From positions 1 through 64,000 of the forward strand of contig JALMLS010000573.1 of assembly GCA_038496445.1 (NCBI GenBank): a DNA stretch of 64,000 nt, in the 5' to 3' direction. Positions 24,506 to 38,109 of this stretch are shown here, piece by piece. The stretch's first letter is position 1. Each line of letters opens with the position of its first letter. Both the position numbers and the translations under genes were made by a program. The DNA comes from Trichosphaerium sp. ATCC 40318 (taxonomy: Eukaryota > Protista > Tubulinea). The notes beneath the pieces are model-generated. The model was not told the origin of the DNA and ran no database searches. It was given only the letters and a program-made list of their open reading frames with translations.

Positions 24506-25163
24506 ATAAAAATCAGTACAATCAGCTAAAATCACGTGCATAGAAATGATACATAGCGTTTTGTTAGCTGTTTACTTTTTGTACGAAAAAATCCAGTACA
24601 TTGTTTTTAAGATAGGTAGAGCTTAATCAACGCAATTTGCTGGCGTAGTACCATAAAACCGAGGGTGTATTTTCTTTATCTTCTCTGGGGTAGAATATCA
24701 TTCTAACTGTAGCTTTTCGCTTCTTTGTTGCTATTGTTAACTCTAACTTAACGCGTTTAAGGAGGCGTGCTTATTGTTCTCCGTGAAAAGGTGCTATTAT
24801 CAACCCTGATACTGTCATACTATCTGAACCTACAACTATTGAAGGAATGTTCATAAACTCTGGAAGTCATTTTGATTGATGATGACACCAAGGTAACTTA
24901 AACAATTATGAGTGCTTGGAAATATCAAGTTCTTTCGTTGTTGATGCATCTTGATGTATACCGGAAGTACTAACGTTCTCTGTACCTGGCATAACCTGCT
25001 TGTCTGTTTTAAATAGTGAGGTAATAATCAACGAAGAGAAAACGAAGCCGAAGTTTTTTAAAATAAGTTTTCAATGAAAGTTCTATTTTTATTTTCGGAG
25101 TCACGTTCATCAAAACACAATTATAAAGTAACAACACAAGTAACAACAGCTCCTACAAACAAA

Positions 25164-25739
25164 ATGACAACTGAATACAAACTAGTAATCGTTGGAGGCG
25201 GTGGCGTCGGTAAATCCGCTCTTACAATACAACTCATTCAAAACCACTTCATCGACGAATATGATCCTACAATTGAAGATTCTTATCGCAAACAAGTCGT
25301 AATAGACGACGAAGTAGCTTTTTTGGATATTCTCGATACAGCCGGACAAGAAGAATACTCCGCAATGAGAGATCAATACATGAGAACAGGCACTGGGTTT
25401 ATACTCACTTATTCCATCACAAGTACAAACAGCTTTGACGAGCTCTACCAATTCAAGAATCAAATTCTCAGAGTTAAAGAAGACGACAATGTTCCTATGA
25501 TACTTGTTGGTAATAAAGCTGATCTTGAAGATGAGCGACAAGTCACAACAACAGAAGGAGAAACAAGAGCAAAAGAATTTGGATGTCCTTTTTTTGAAGC
25601 GTCAGCGATGACACGGATGAACGTTGAAGAATCATTTTTTGAACTTGTGAGAGTCATACGCAGAAGGACTGTCCCAGAGAAGAAGGGAAAGAAATCAAAA
25701 AAAGATAAAAAGAGTAGGAAGAAGTGTCGCATTCTTTAA
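25164..25739 (+). CDS. ras: Ras GTPase (RasG/RasD-like), intronless
   Basis: [38 protein letters not shown], polybasic tail and CAAX (CRIL). Confidence 0.95.
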   Translation: MTTEYKLVIVGGGGVGKSALTIQLIQNHFIDEYDPTIEDSYRKQVVIDDEVAFLDILDTAGQEEYSAMRDQYMRTGTGFILTYSITSTNSFDELYQFKNQILRVKEDDNVPMILVGNKADLEDERQVTTTEGETRAKEFGCPFFEASAMTRMNVEESFFELVRVIRRRTVPEKKGKKSKKDKKSRKKCRIL

Positions 25740-26623
25740 AGAAAAAAAAAGTATCAAAAAAATAAACCATTGTATTTTAATCAAAACGCTATTTGTTTCA
25801 ATTTTTCTCAGCTTGTATACTCTGCTTTGGCAAATTCTACTTTCACTTGTTTGCCTATTAAGTTAGTCTTGATTATTGCATACAGGTAAGTCGCCAAAGA
25901 TGCTTATAATTAGAACACAAGATAACATGTATGTAGTTTTCAAATATCTTGGTATTATAGTGTAGTTTTGATAATCATAGCCGATGGCATAATAAAAGCT
26001 TGCTCAACTATAAAATTACAAGTTAAAGAAGTGAGGAATATTGATACAGTACCATTACTTGCGTCTTTGGCTGATGTTTTCTCGATCGATTGGCAGCGAA
26101 AACAACTGTGGCTTCTGTGATTAGAGTATTAACGTGTGATCCACTTAGTTGTCATTATACCTGGCGAAGCGTTAGAGTCTCGACCTTTCAGCGCTACGTA
26201 CGCTAGAGAAAATAAAGCCAGACAAGGCAACAAAAGAGGCACGTGATATTAAAAAAGAACTTGTGCCATTCCTTGCAAAGCATCGTAGCTGTAAACAGTC
26301 TGAAACTTAAGATCTATATTCAATGATGATGAATACAAGAGTTTCTACTGGAGGATAGTTCTATTGATGTACGTACAGAGTGTAATTGTAACATTTCAAT
26401 ATGAACTTTTCCACTTTGGAGAAAAAGAAGTTCCGGCTTCCGCTGTAACAAAAAAGATAAAAGGTAAAATGTATTTAATGGCATTGGGTTGTTTGATGGA
26501 CTTCGGATTAAACATTTTGATTACACAGTGTGCCAAAGTGGTAGAGCGCGTGCTTTGTTCACAGAATAGTTCACTAACTAACTACTATTTACAAAGGCAC
26601 GCTGAAAGCAAAGCAATTTCTTG

Positions 26624-28554
26624 ATGATGCTTAACACACTCTTGGTTTTGTTACTTATTTCAGTACCAGGTAAATAACAATCTTCCTGAGGTTCTAACTG
26701 TGATGTTGTAGCTACAATTTACTCTTTGGGTTTAAACGAATGGGGAGATCTTCGCAACTTGGGTTTCAATACAGTATTGAACGAGACCAAAACTGAAGAA
26801 TTTGAGGACATTCAGATTGAATCAGGTATTCTTCCTGGCAGAGGAACAATATTATGTATTGCTGCTCTTATACAAGCTCACAATGGCATCTCTTATGACA
26901 ATACGGGTGTGGCAGTTATGGTTGGTAGCAGGCAAGGTATGAACGATAAAAACCATTCGCAGGCTGCCTTAAATTTGCATAGAGATAGCGAATGGTACAG
27001 CTGCAGTAATACGACTTGCTGTTTCAAATGTAAGGTATTTTCAACTGCGATATGGCAACGAAGAGTTTGCTTTGTTGACTGTCGAGAACGGTGATAGGAC
27101 AAAGTACCAGTTGGCTCTGCGGTTTGTTACTGTTTCGACAGACGGTGTACGTACTATTTCTTTGGCAACTTTGCCCTCTCTTCCTTACCTGGAACGATTA
27201 CTTTAGATTGTTTCTATCTCAGATCCAATAGTGCTATTGACAAGGGATAATTGGTATATTTCTTCAAATGGCATGGCATATGCACCAGGCACGTGTTGGT
27301 TGAGTTTTTCCAAAAATATTCTTGGTTTTTGACTTTTGTGTAGCAACAAAGACTTATATGATACCTTATTATATAAACCAAGACAGAATACAACTTATCT
27401 TTGTAGACGATTCCCGAGCAAGAGAGTCATTCAACAGTACATCTTTTCTTTTTTTTTTCTTGAAATTCAAAGAAAATCGCTCGATCTTAAACTTAAACTA
27501 GTTCTTGCCCCCAATAGCGCTCTCAGATCATCTACTATTGCTATGGAAGGATGCATGCTATTAATTTTTAAAGGATTTCCAGATTTTCGAAACCTTCTAT
27601 CACATGTCATACGAACACCCTATACATCAGTAAGTACACAGTTTTTATCCTTTTTTTTGCAGATAAACTAACTTCATAATTTTTAAAGACTTCCGGTCCC
27701 ACAGCCATCGACTTATTTACTTCTGATCAATTTTACCAATTTACAGCCTATGACAGCATGTCAAAACATGGCATTGCAGTTCGTGCATCAGGAGGACTAT
27801 ATAAAGCAGTCCAGTTTACTCTAAACTGTCAATCAGTTGCACCTACTCCATCAATAATCGGTAGCGTTGATCTAGCAAGGGTACAAGCCAACAGTAACCG
27901 CGTACATGACATATCTTCATCTGGAGTGCCAAGCCATGCCTTCATTGCTGCACTTTCCGTGTCACAACAAACACAAATTGCAACAATCACGGCCGACAGC
28001 AAAGTTCATATATCAACCGTACCAGGGGCGCGCTATCCTCCTGGTAGGCAAGGTATCACATGGATAGACGAACCTGGAACAACCTGTGGTGTTGGTGTTG
28101 TACGTGAGAAGGAACTTTACTTTTTATTTGACTACTAAAACCAGAGTAGCTTGTTACTGTAGGACGAAACACAACAGCAATCGGAGCGTATGGAGCATCT
28201 ATTTTCTTTGCGGAAGACTTGACGTACTTGTGCCCACCTGAGCCGACTACCATTGTGCCAACTGTTGAACCAACGGATTCGCCCATCTCTGATGTACCCA
28301 CTGAGTCAACAGGTGAACCAAATACGCCTAGTCCAACCAGTTCATCGCCCTTAACTCCCACTTCACCATCTCAAACACCTACCAATCCAAATTCTACCGT
28401 AGCTCCATCGGAGATGCCAATAGCAAGTCCACAAAACATGACGAATGCACCAGTGGTAACACCAATAGCTCTTGTGAGTGCTTTCACAGCATATAGACCG
28501 AACCTTATTGCTGTAACCTTTCTTGTATTCTTCGGCGTAGTTAAATTACAATAA
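26624..28554 (+). CDS. Secreted/cell-surface protein with P/T/S-rich stalk and hydrophobic (GPI-like) C-terminus, multi-exon
   Basis: Signal peptide MMLNTLLVLLLISVPA; exons join in frame using one GC donor at 27289; ends LIAVTFLVFFGVVKLQ*. Confidence 0.7.
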
Positions 28555-28645
28555 ATTGAAACGCAGAAATTCATATTGTACTATTTTGCTGTAAGAATGT
28601 AGTCTTGTAAAACAAGCTACATAAAGATTTATTGATAGTCTATTA

Positions 28646-30973
28646 CTACCTTGAAATAGCTCGCACACAAACACCATTTTCGGACATTAATGTAACAGCC
28701 AGAGCTAATTTTGGTGGGTCAACACCGACAACATCCAACTTGTATTTTTGAAGTACACAACACAACAAAGCAGCAACCTCAGTGTAAGCCTAAAAACAAC
28801 AAATGACCAATTAGAATGATAATAAAACTCTCCAAGGGCGTAAAAAGTAAATGATTAACAAGGGTACCATTTGTTTCCCTAAACAAGTACGTGGCCCTGC
28901 GTGGAAAGGAATAAATTGATAAGGATGCTTCATCAGATTTTCTTTTGAGTCTCCAAGCCAACGTTCAGGTAGAAACTTGAGAGGTTCATCCCAGTACTCT
29001 TCCATACGACCTTGAGCGTAAGCGAACCATACAATGTCCGTCTAAAAGAGTGGTTTAGAGTTGTATGAGTTGAATCTTGATGTGACGAGAAAAAAATAAG
29101 AAAGCATATAAAACTCACTCCAGGTTGTATGACAGTCCCGTTAGGTAGTTTATCATGATCAACCGATTCTTTAGGATCAGCAGGAACAGGTGGGTATAGC
29201 CTAAGTGTTTCATCTATGCAAGCTCGAAGGTATGACAACTTTTTGATTGTATCATAATCGGGTAATTGCCCGTTAGTATGCTTGTCAATCTCAGCAATAA
29301 CCTAATCTTGAATAAGCGTTATACTTTACAAAAAGTACCTTTTCTTGTTTATCAGGGTTTTTTGCTAGTAAATAAGCACAAAAAGCTGATGCAGCAGATG
29401 TTGTATCACGTCCAGCAAGCCTTTAAAAAAAAATTAGAAAAAAAAGTTTAGATTTGTCTCCGTACATGAAGTTAAGTGTTATATCTCGTAGGTATGTATC
29501 TGAAAATACGACATTGTTCTTCTTAGCATATTGAAAGAATCCAGAGAGTAAATCCTAGTCAGGATTTTAAGTTATAAAAACATAGTAATGGAGAGGCACG
29601 CACTTGTCTTTTTTCCAGTTGATGGTCTGTATCAGTTTTACGCTTGTTAATAATGTGGTAAATGACGTCATCCATTTTCTTTATACAAGCTGTTTGTTCT
29701 TCCATCTCTTTACCGAAAAACAAGCGTTGAAGCCAAGGTAATTTACGGAGACCCTAAAAATCAAGCAATTGAGAAAAAAAACGTTATCCGAAAACATTCA
29801 GAAAAAAAATAAAAAAAAAGCCATTGAAGTGCTTCAAGTTTTTTAAATCTAGGTGGCTTATAAACATACGTAGTAGAATGGAGAAAGGAAAGTCCATGCT
29901 ACAAGTGCACTTGCTCTATTAAAGGACGATGCAAACTCTTTTTTAGTTGTATCCTGGGACTGCTCATTCAAGCTATCAAGTTCGTATCCAAACGCAATTT
30001 CAGCGATAGAGTCCAGTGTATATCGAGCAAACAGGCTTTGTATGTCTATGGAAGATCCACTTGATGCACTCTTATTAATGATATGCATTACCTAGTTGTT
30101 GATGCATTAGAGCAATGAGAAGAAAGGTTTGACGAGGATAGAAGTTTGCACATACTTGTTGAGCATGTTTGTTGAATACGTCCAACATTTGTCTGATCTC
30201 TCTTGTTTTGAATAAATGACTTGCTACCTTACGTTGCTTTTTCCATTCTTCACCATTTACATTGAATATACCATCTCCAAAAAGCTCTTTAAAACAGTAC
30301 TGGAACTTAGGACCTTGAAAAGGATAAGTTTAAAACTAATAGCTGCTTTTTGAAATTTTTTTAAATGCAAAAGTTTTTTACCTTTGATGTAGTTTCCGAA
30401 TTTACCCTTTAGTACATGCTCTAAGCAAGATGGTTCTGCAACTAATAATTTAGTACGACCGTCAACTCCTTTAAGACCCCAAACAGATCCAAACTAAATC
30501 ACGTGTTAACGAAAAAAAAATCAAAATCAAAAATAAAAGGATTATCTTTTGTTTGGACTGTTAAGAGTAACCTCAACGGCGACACTTTGTTAAAATTTAC
30601 TACTCTAGTAGCTTTTATTTTTCTGTAGACGTCAGAATAGGTTTTTATAAATATCACGTGCTAAGTTGGCCACGTGTTGCCGAAAAAATAAACAGGGAAA
30701 TGGAATTGTACCATTTTAAACCTTTCTACTATAAATGGGTACAAACCGATCTCTAGGACTCTTTTTCTGTAAGACAAAAACAACAGTAACTTTCCTATGC
30801 CCATGATAGGTACGAAAGGACCAGGTGCGCTTAGTTGTTTCTATAAAAAGGGAAATACAGTCAGTTCGTTATTTTTTTGTACGTTAAAAATGTTTTACCT
30901 TGTAATTCGATATATAAAGCGTGTTAAGTATTAGAAATACAACCAGTGATACGCATACTACTAATAAAAGCAT
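28646..30973 (-). CDS. Cytochrome P450 (CYP86-clan/CYP704-like fatty-acid hydroxylase type)
   Basis: N-terminal anchor, LAGRDTT I-helix, ETLR, PERW, haem motif FHAGPRTCLG. Confidence 0.93.
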
Positions 30974-32844
30974 ATTACGTTATTTCACGCGTGTTACTAC
31001 GTTGTCAAAATAGAAATGCTGGGGTTTTGTGACAAAACGATAAGCAATGCTATCTTAACCACTTGCTTGATAAGTACGCCACTAACAAGTCTTCATACTA
31101 ACATGTCCACAGTGGAATGCAACACGCTACAGTAAGTCTAAATATTAGTCAGTAGTCTTGATAGCGTCATACAAATGAGACTGAGTGCAGACAGATTCTT
31201 TTAAAAAAGAAAAAAATTGTGTTTGTTGCTCACCTTTAGCACGTTCCAGTTGTTGCGAGAAGTTACTTATATGTCGTACCAAGCAACTACCAACTAATCC
31301 ATGTTGCTTTTTGACGCTGCCTTGAAGTTGAGTTGCACTGTCACAGAAGTACATTAATTTATTTCTTCGGCAAATACTTAGGTCAACCAGTAGTTATCAC
31401 ATCGATTACTTGATCCAGTGATGAAACAAAAGCCTCAATATGAACTAGCTTATCTGGTACCGTAATCGCGGAATACTTACATACGTTAACGTAATACTTG
31501 TAATGTCCGAATTAAATATCAAGCAACAGGACATTGTGTCGCTTTTCGGTCTACCATACAGATACTCTGTAGGAGACAGTCATAACTACAACCTCCAACT
31601 AGTGGTTATTTGTTTGGTTATATACCCAAGGTGATGTGTATTTTGCTTGAGAAGAATAGCAGCGTTTAACTACAAACCGAATTACTCTTTAACGGACAAA
31701 AACAATCTCCGGTGGTCTTAAGAACTTTACGTCTCTTTATAGATGTCGTCTAGCTATGCATACTACGCCAAATACCTTTCAACAATTAAGTTGCCTATAC
31801 GAAAGTAAGAGTTTGTAGCGCAGATCAGTTCTACAGACTATCAACCAGTTTGTAGGTTTTCTCTATTTTGTGTTTTCTTCGTTTTATCTCGTACTCCTTC
31901 TCAAACCGTCTAACTTCATAATCCATCACCAAACGTGATGCCACATAAGTAGAGGAGAAAACTGGTAACATCTAAAACTATTCGCCGATTTTGCCAAAAC
32001 ACGAGAAATCTCGAAAAAATACCCGACACATATTCCTCCCAAACTTGGTCTCCCTGTAAATCACGCACTTGCCGCATGAAATATCTTCATTATCTAAACA
32101 CACAAAATCATAGAGATCATGCATATGGCGTCAACCATTTCAGGACATTCGACTACACAAGTGAGTCTATTCAAGTAATGTGATGGGTGTACCATCTTTG
32201 GTTTACTGTCACGTCAAATCCAAGTATTATTACGCATAAGAGGGAGTATGTTATTGCGTAAAGTAAAACAGAATATGTTGCGATTCAAGCATGAATTTGC
32301 AGAATCTTAGTCACGTGATTTGCTAAAACAAAATAGAAGAAGCTCAGGATAGAATTAAAAGAGATGATTGAAGCGATTGTGGTAGTCTCTGACAGAACAA
32401 ACTTTTTGGGCTTGTTTTTTGTGATTGGAGTTTTTTGGCGACTTTTTTGTTTGCGCCATTACTTTCTTACGATAGTCACGTGTTTATACGCTTAGTATGC
32501 ACAGGGCATACTATAAACAATATTCTCGTGAACGAATACCGATTTTCATGCGTTGGCATCACTGATTCAGCAACTCGGGACAAATTTATTGCGCAGTTAA
32601 ATACGTACGCAGACAAGCCATAGAACGCTTTTTGGAGCGCGTGTCTCTTCGAGATATTATGGAAAAAAACTATTTTCCCCTATTAAAACCGACTCTAATA
32701 GCTTTGTATACATCCACATACGCATGTCAAGGTATTAGATGTCCGTTTGATGGTTTTGTCGTCATGAATCACATGCTCGTTCTACCAAACACAGTATTTT
32801 TTTATTATTCCACACTATCCCAAGAACAACAACTACTCTTAACA

Positions 32845-33183
32845 ATGTCCACAATCAACTACTCCGACTGCTCATTCGAATGGCAATGCAATCCAATATC
32901 TCGCACTAAAGTAATAGAGATGGCATTCTTCAACTCTTTCCCAATACCACGCAAAGGACAACAACTTAGATATTTAAACCCACAAGAGCCATATCAACTA
33001 CAAAACTCAATTACCCAATACAGACACAAAGCACGCGGTTGCGAATTGAAGTTTCCACCCGTAGAACAAAGACTATCTTGCCCACTCAAACCGACAATAA
33101 AACCAAAGAAGACAGCATTTATTAAACAATCAAAACAAATCAGAAAGATAAACAGAATGTATGTCGGATTTTTATTAAACTGA
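32845..33183 (+). CDS. Small intronless basic protein ending RMYVGFLLN
   Basis: ATG at 32845 within the 183-aa ORF; downstream AATAAA. Confidence 0.5.
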   Translation: MSTINYSDCSFEWQCNPISRTKVIEMAFFNSFPIPRKGQQLRYLNPQEPYQLQNSITQYRHKARGCELKFPPVEQRLSCPLKPTIKPKKTAFIKQSKQIRKINRMYVGFLLN

Positions 33184-33608
33184 GCCGCATGCAAAAAGAA
33201 AGACACACTCACTCCTCACTGTATCATAAAAAGAAATAAACACCCACTGTATAGTACCCTGAATTCAAGTCTATGTTAATTGTGAAACGTCATGTTACGT
33301 TGTTTGATTTTCAAAGAAGATACAACAAATAGCCTTGTTTGAAATATCACGTGATACTATTAAAAATAGTTCATACCAAACTATGACGTACAGCGCCATC
33401 CAGGTAGGTATTTATTTGTTTGATCACCGTCCTATCTATTTTGCCGGAAAAGAAAGTCGAGTTTTATTGAGAAGCTACCACAGTAAGCTTATGAGCGCCG
33501 TACAACGTTTGGCGATAATATTATAATGGTTGACGCTTTTTTTACTGAGGTAATTAAAAAGTCAGGCGTTTTCTAAGCGTTTTTTCAAACATGAGTAAAT
33601 AGCAACCA

Positions 33609-36600
33609 ATGGATGTTTGAGCGATGGCATGCAGTTTTATATCATGGTTTACTTGTTTAACATCAATTTAGAGTAAGGCTGGCAGTAATAAAACCCCAAA
33701 GAAATCTAATCCCTTCCAAAAGGGTAGTAGAGGGTCTGGGGTTAAAAAACGACGCGTTGCTACCCCTTCAAAAAAATCAAGCAATCCTAGCACGCCTAAA
33801 TCCACAAAAGTGCGTTTAAACAGTATCATTACAGTATTTGCGCGCAGTTTTTTCACTTTTTGTCTAACGTAGACAGTTTCGTTTACAATTAAACTAAATG
33901 TTCTACTATAGCCTAAGAAAGCGTTCATATCACCAAGTCTGCTAGAAAAGGTGAGCAAAGCAAAAGCACGTAGCAAAGGCAGCACGACTCGTGTACTCGG
34001 TTCAACACCGTCGAAAAAAGGCATACCAACCGCTGCGGCCAAAAAGGGTCGATCAACGCCAACTACAAAAAAATCAACTGCAACAATAAAAAGGACGCCT
34101 ACGCGAACATCACCGCGCAAGGCTAAGACAACAGGCAACGTTTTTCAATCGCCGTCTAGACTTTCTCGAAAGCGTTCAAGAAGCGGCAAAGAGGAAGAAG
34201 ACCAACCGCCAACGCCTGCTCGTACGCCTACGGTTAAAGATACGCCAGTAAGAAAAGCAAAAAAGAGAAGGACATCAGTAACGATTTCTGCAAAGTGCGT
34301 TTTTGATTTTTTGAGCTTTTTCTTCGCCGTGGCTTGTTCATACATCATGAATTACAGCCCTGTATACTTGTATAATATATTATTGTACTGATTTCATTTG
34401 TAGCAATGATCCTATGGACGTTGAAGAAGATACTGTTTCAGGAACAAATAGTGGAAAAAAACCAACAGCCACAGTTTCAAATCCATTTCAAAGACGTCGT
34501 AGCCCTGTCAATACCGTCACAAAGTCTCCACCAAAGAATTACGAAGCTAGCCCTGCTTCTAACAGACCTTATTTAGCAAATAGTCAGGGTAACGTACGTT
34601 AATGAACTTTTCTGCCACGTCAACGTGTTGACGAGTGAGTTTTTTTGAATAAGAATATTCTTGATTTTTTTAACCGCTATTTTTTTTCTGAAAACGAAGT
34701 TGTACTGATTTTTCAGTTACCTTGATATTTTTTTTGTATTTATTTACTTTTATTTAGTCGTTCCAATACTCTACACCTAATAGATCTACAAATGGACTTA
34801 ATACTCTTAATCGTAAGTACTGTACACATTTTTGTTTTTTGACACTTTTTTTCTCATTTTTTTCCTAACATTTTGACATTTAGCTGCTTTGAATACACTT
34901 ACACCGATATCCTTGAATGATCAGAGTACTGGGTTCTCTCCTTTAAGTAACTATAATGCTTCTCCTTATGTGGCTGCTTCAAACACTCCTGAGTATTTAT
35001 TAACGAACTCAGCTGCGGAATCGCCGTATCGTCAACATCGCAACTATTATACAACAAGTACACCAGCACAACGAACAACACCATCTAGAGCACCTCGTCG
35101 TGTCTCTGTAGGACCAATTCCTCCTGGTCCAAGGCCTTTAGGTCTATGGGATGATGTTGGTGAATCAGGGGAGGTATTACGATACGAGCAATTAGATGAG
35201 CCGGAGTTCATTGATTATGGAATGGGCAGCAATGTACATATTTTTTTTTTTTTGATGTCATTAATAGTTTGTCTTTAGATTTCTTGTATCAGTACAATAG
35301 CTGCTGCTGTTATTGGTATTATATTGCTATATTTTATGATATTTATTGTTCGTGGTCCAACATCTCTGAACCCTGTGTACGTACCTTTTTTTTTTTTTTT
35401 TTTTTTTTTGCTGACTCCTTTTCTTCAAAATGTTTTTTGATTTCTTGTTCTCTCATAAATACCTTATGTTTTCTTTCGTGTATTTAAACGTTATTCGAAC
35501 GAGTTGGACTGTATGTTGTAGTTTGTGGAATTAATTTATTTTCTTTAACAGAGTAGCTTTTAATGACATTATACGAACTGGTAACAATAATCGTTTAATG
35601 AAAGTTCGTGATATTATAGCTGGGAAGATGCACCACCAACTTCGTATAGCAAGAGGGAATTATGCATGTACACCTAGTCGTTATAGTCCTGGAGGAGCTT
35701 CAAGTCAATGGGGGATGTCTAAATCACAACTCTTAAAATTTGGAAGTAGTCTAGGATGTACACTTGGTAAAGAATCTTGTGAACGTACGTAATATGAAGA
35801 CCAATTTTTTCTGAGTTTTGTAACCAATTGGTTAAGTTTTTTTTAAAAGTTTTTATGTAAGCCTTACTCTTTGCTTTAGAGGCTTCTTTAGAGGCCTTAG
35901 CTGCTCTTAGTGATATGTCTGATGTTTCTTCTTACTTGGAAGGAGGAGTACTGTATTATTATGTTGGTACTGCTAGCGCTATAATGCCTTTAACTTGCAG
36001 GGTACTGTTGTTTTGAAAATAGTTTTTTGGTCTGATTTTTTGTTTTTAGTGGAATCGGTTTGTTGAGGACAATAAGATGTACTTTTTTGGTGCATTTATT
36101 GTTATTGCTATACTTGGTTACTTCATATCCACGGGTAGACGTAAGAGGCGCATTAATAAAGCAGTTGATGAACTTGTGGCCAAACTAAAGAGAAGGTATG
36201 AAATTCTGAGCCTAACACATTACTTTTGGTTTTTTGGGCTTGAAGCTGAGTTCGCTCCACTGAAAATTTGAGTGTGTTGTTGTTATATCGTTCTTATTTC
36301 TCATAAATAGGTGTATGGATCAAGCACAGAACAGTGAAAGGTATGGAGTGTTAGCTTTGAACTCTTTTATTTTTTTTTTTTCTCTTTTTTTGTCTTTGTG
36401 TTGTCCTTTTTCTTCAGTGTTTTGATATACGATTAGACCATGGATTGCTAAAGAATGGCTTAAAGCTGAATATATGGAAGATAGAGGTGATATAAATGTT
36501 TGGAACAAGGTATGTCACATGCAACAGAAGTTTTTTCGATTGTTTTCACAAAGTGGGTTTCTAAGTTTTTTTCTCTTTAGGCAAACTTTATTATGGAGTC

Positions 36601-36682
36601 TGATCATAGACTTCTTGATGCGCCAAAATTGTATAAAGGAGAAGACTTTCATACTTGGGAATGGGTTGGTGATGCCACATAG
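33609..36682 (+). CDS. Inner nuclear membrane Src1/MAN1-like protein
   Basis: Long basic S/T-P-rich N-terminus, two TM helices (~35285-35350, ~36077-36130), C-terminal WNKANFIMESDHRL...GEDFHTWEW typical of the MAN1-Src1 C-terminal domain. Confidence 0.75.
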
Positions 36683-37124
36683 ATAAAATGGTTGTAGCTA
36701 AAACAAGTTCGATTTTAATCAATTACCCATTCAAAAAAAAAAACAAAAGAGGAAAAAAAAAATGGTGATAGTTTTCACAACCTTTCTTGAAGAAAGATTT
36801 AATTTTGAATATTGTAAAAGACTAAAAATCCCCCTTCTTTTGTACTTCAAAACTTTAAACGGGAATGTAAAAACTCACCAAATGTAATTAAACAAACAAA
36901 ACTATTCTTCTTTTTTTTGGAGCAAATTGTTCTTTGTTTTATCATTTAAAGTGTTTCTTGAGTCCGTTTTCCCCAGCTGAAGGTTCTTCTAGAATGGCGC
37001 TACGTATTTTGAGAAACCACGTGTGATAGTAACAACTTTGAAAGACAAAACTTCATTTCATCAAAAAGTTCCAAGTTTGTTTTTATTGCGCTTCTTAGCT
37101 TGTACAATATGATGGTTGTTTGAT

Positions 37125-38015
37125 TTACTCTATTATCATGTATAACTGATAACTTCTCAACATGCCAACCTTATAAACTGCAGTCTGAGGGTTGCTTATG
37201 TTGTTAATATCTGTGAACCAAACTGCCCTACTGTGTTTTCGGTTTTTTGCACATTCCTCTTCTTCTTCGCATGCCTCAATAATTTCTTTTAACTCATTCT
37301 TATTTGCTTGCCTTGTGTCACTGTTTATGTAATTCCAACCAAACCTGGCTTTGTTTGACGCTATTCTTACTTGTTTAATCAAATTTAAGGTTGCTGCAAA
37401 GAAGCAATCATAGCAGGATACTTGACCATTCTTGGGCATGAAGTAATCATTGTTCATACTTTGCCCTTTGCAATTCATGCATTCTATTTGTTTAAATGTA
37501 AGGCTTGATCCATTTTTAATACTAGCAGAAGCACATTTAGAACATGCAAAAATATTGACATAGTCATCTACCATAGAGACAGAATGTCTTCTCTCACTAA
37601 GCTGACATTTGAGGGATCCTAAGCCTACGGATGTACAAAAGGCATCTAAATAGGTGCTGAAGAGTTGCCATAAACTATCTGTCATTAACTCAACTTCATA
37701 ATCTCTAAGCAACAAGATCTTGACTTGATCTTTGAGCACATGACGAATGAGCTGTTTCTTCATATTCACATCAAAGCAGTATATCTGTATTATCGCGACT
37801 TCCTTCAAAATATGTGTTCCAGTCTCGGGAATGGTTTTGAGACGTTGGTATAATGATTTAGATGTCATTTTCAAGTCATTGACACTCCTAAAGTCGAGAT
37901 AAAGAGACTCTGTAATAATATCGCTTAGATTGTCGTTACAGAGCGCTAACATACTTGCGCACGCTGTATCGGTGCGTGTTGGATCTGTAGAGAGATGCTT
38001 GTGGTAGCTTGCCAT
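37125..38015 (-). CDS. Intronless hypothetical protein with F-box-like segment and three CxxC motifs
   Basis: ~300-aa uninterrupted ORF; LYLDFRSVNDLKMTSKSLY; CSKC, CMNC, CYDC. Confidence 0.7.
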   Translation of the reverse strand: MASYHKHLSTDPTRTDTACASMLALCNDNLSDIITESLYLDFRSVNDLKMTSKSLYQRLKTIPETGTHILKEVAIIQIYCFDVNMKKQLIRHVLKDQVKILLLRDYEVELMTDSLWQLFSTYLDAFCTSVGLGSLKCQLSERRHSVSMVDDYVNIFACSKCASASIKNGSSLTFKQIECMNCKGQSMNNDYFMPKNGQVSCYDCFFAATLNLIKQVRIASNKARFGWNYINSDTRQANKNELKEIIEACEEEEECAKNRKHSRAVWFTDINNISNPQTAVYKVGMLRSYQLYMIIE

Positions 38016-38109
38016 GTTGCAATCAGATTCCAAGCTAAAGAAAAATGCTATGACTTAATTTACAATCACTGAACTTATTTTGTTAAGCTACTCAACTTCA
38101 AACCTGCAC

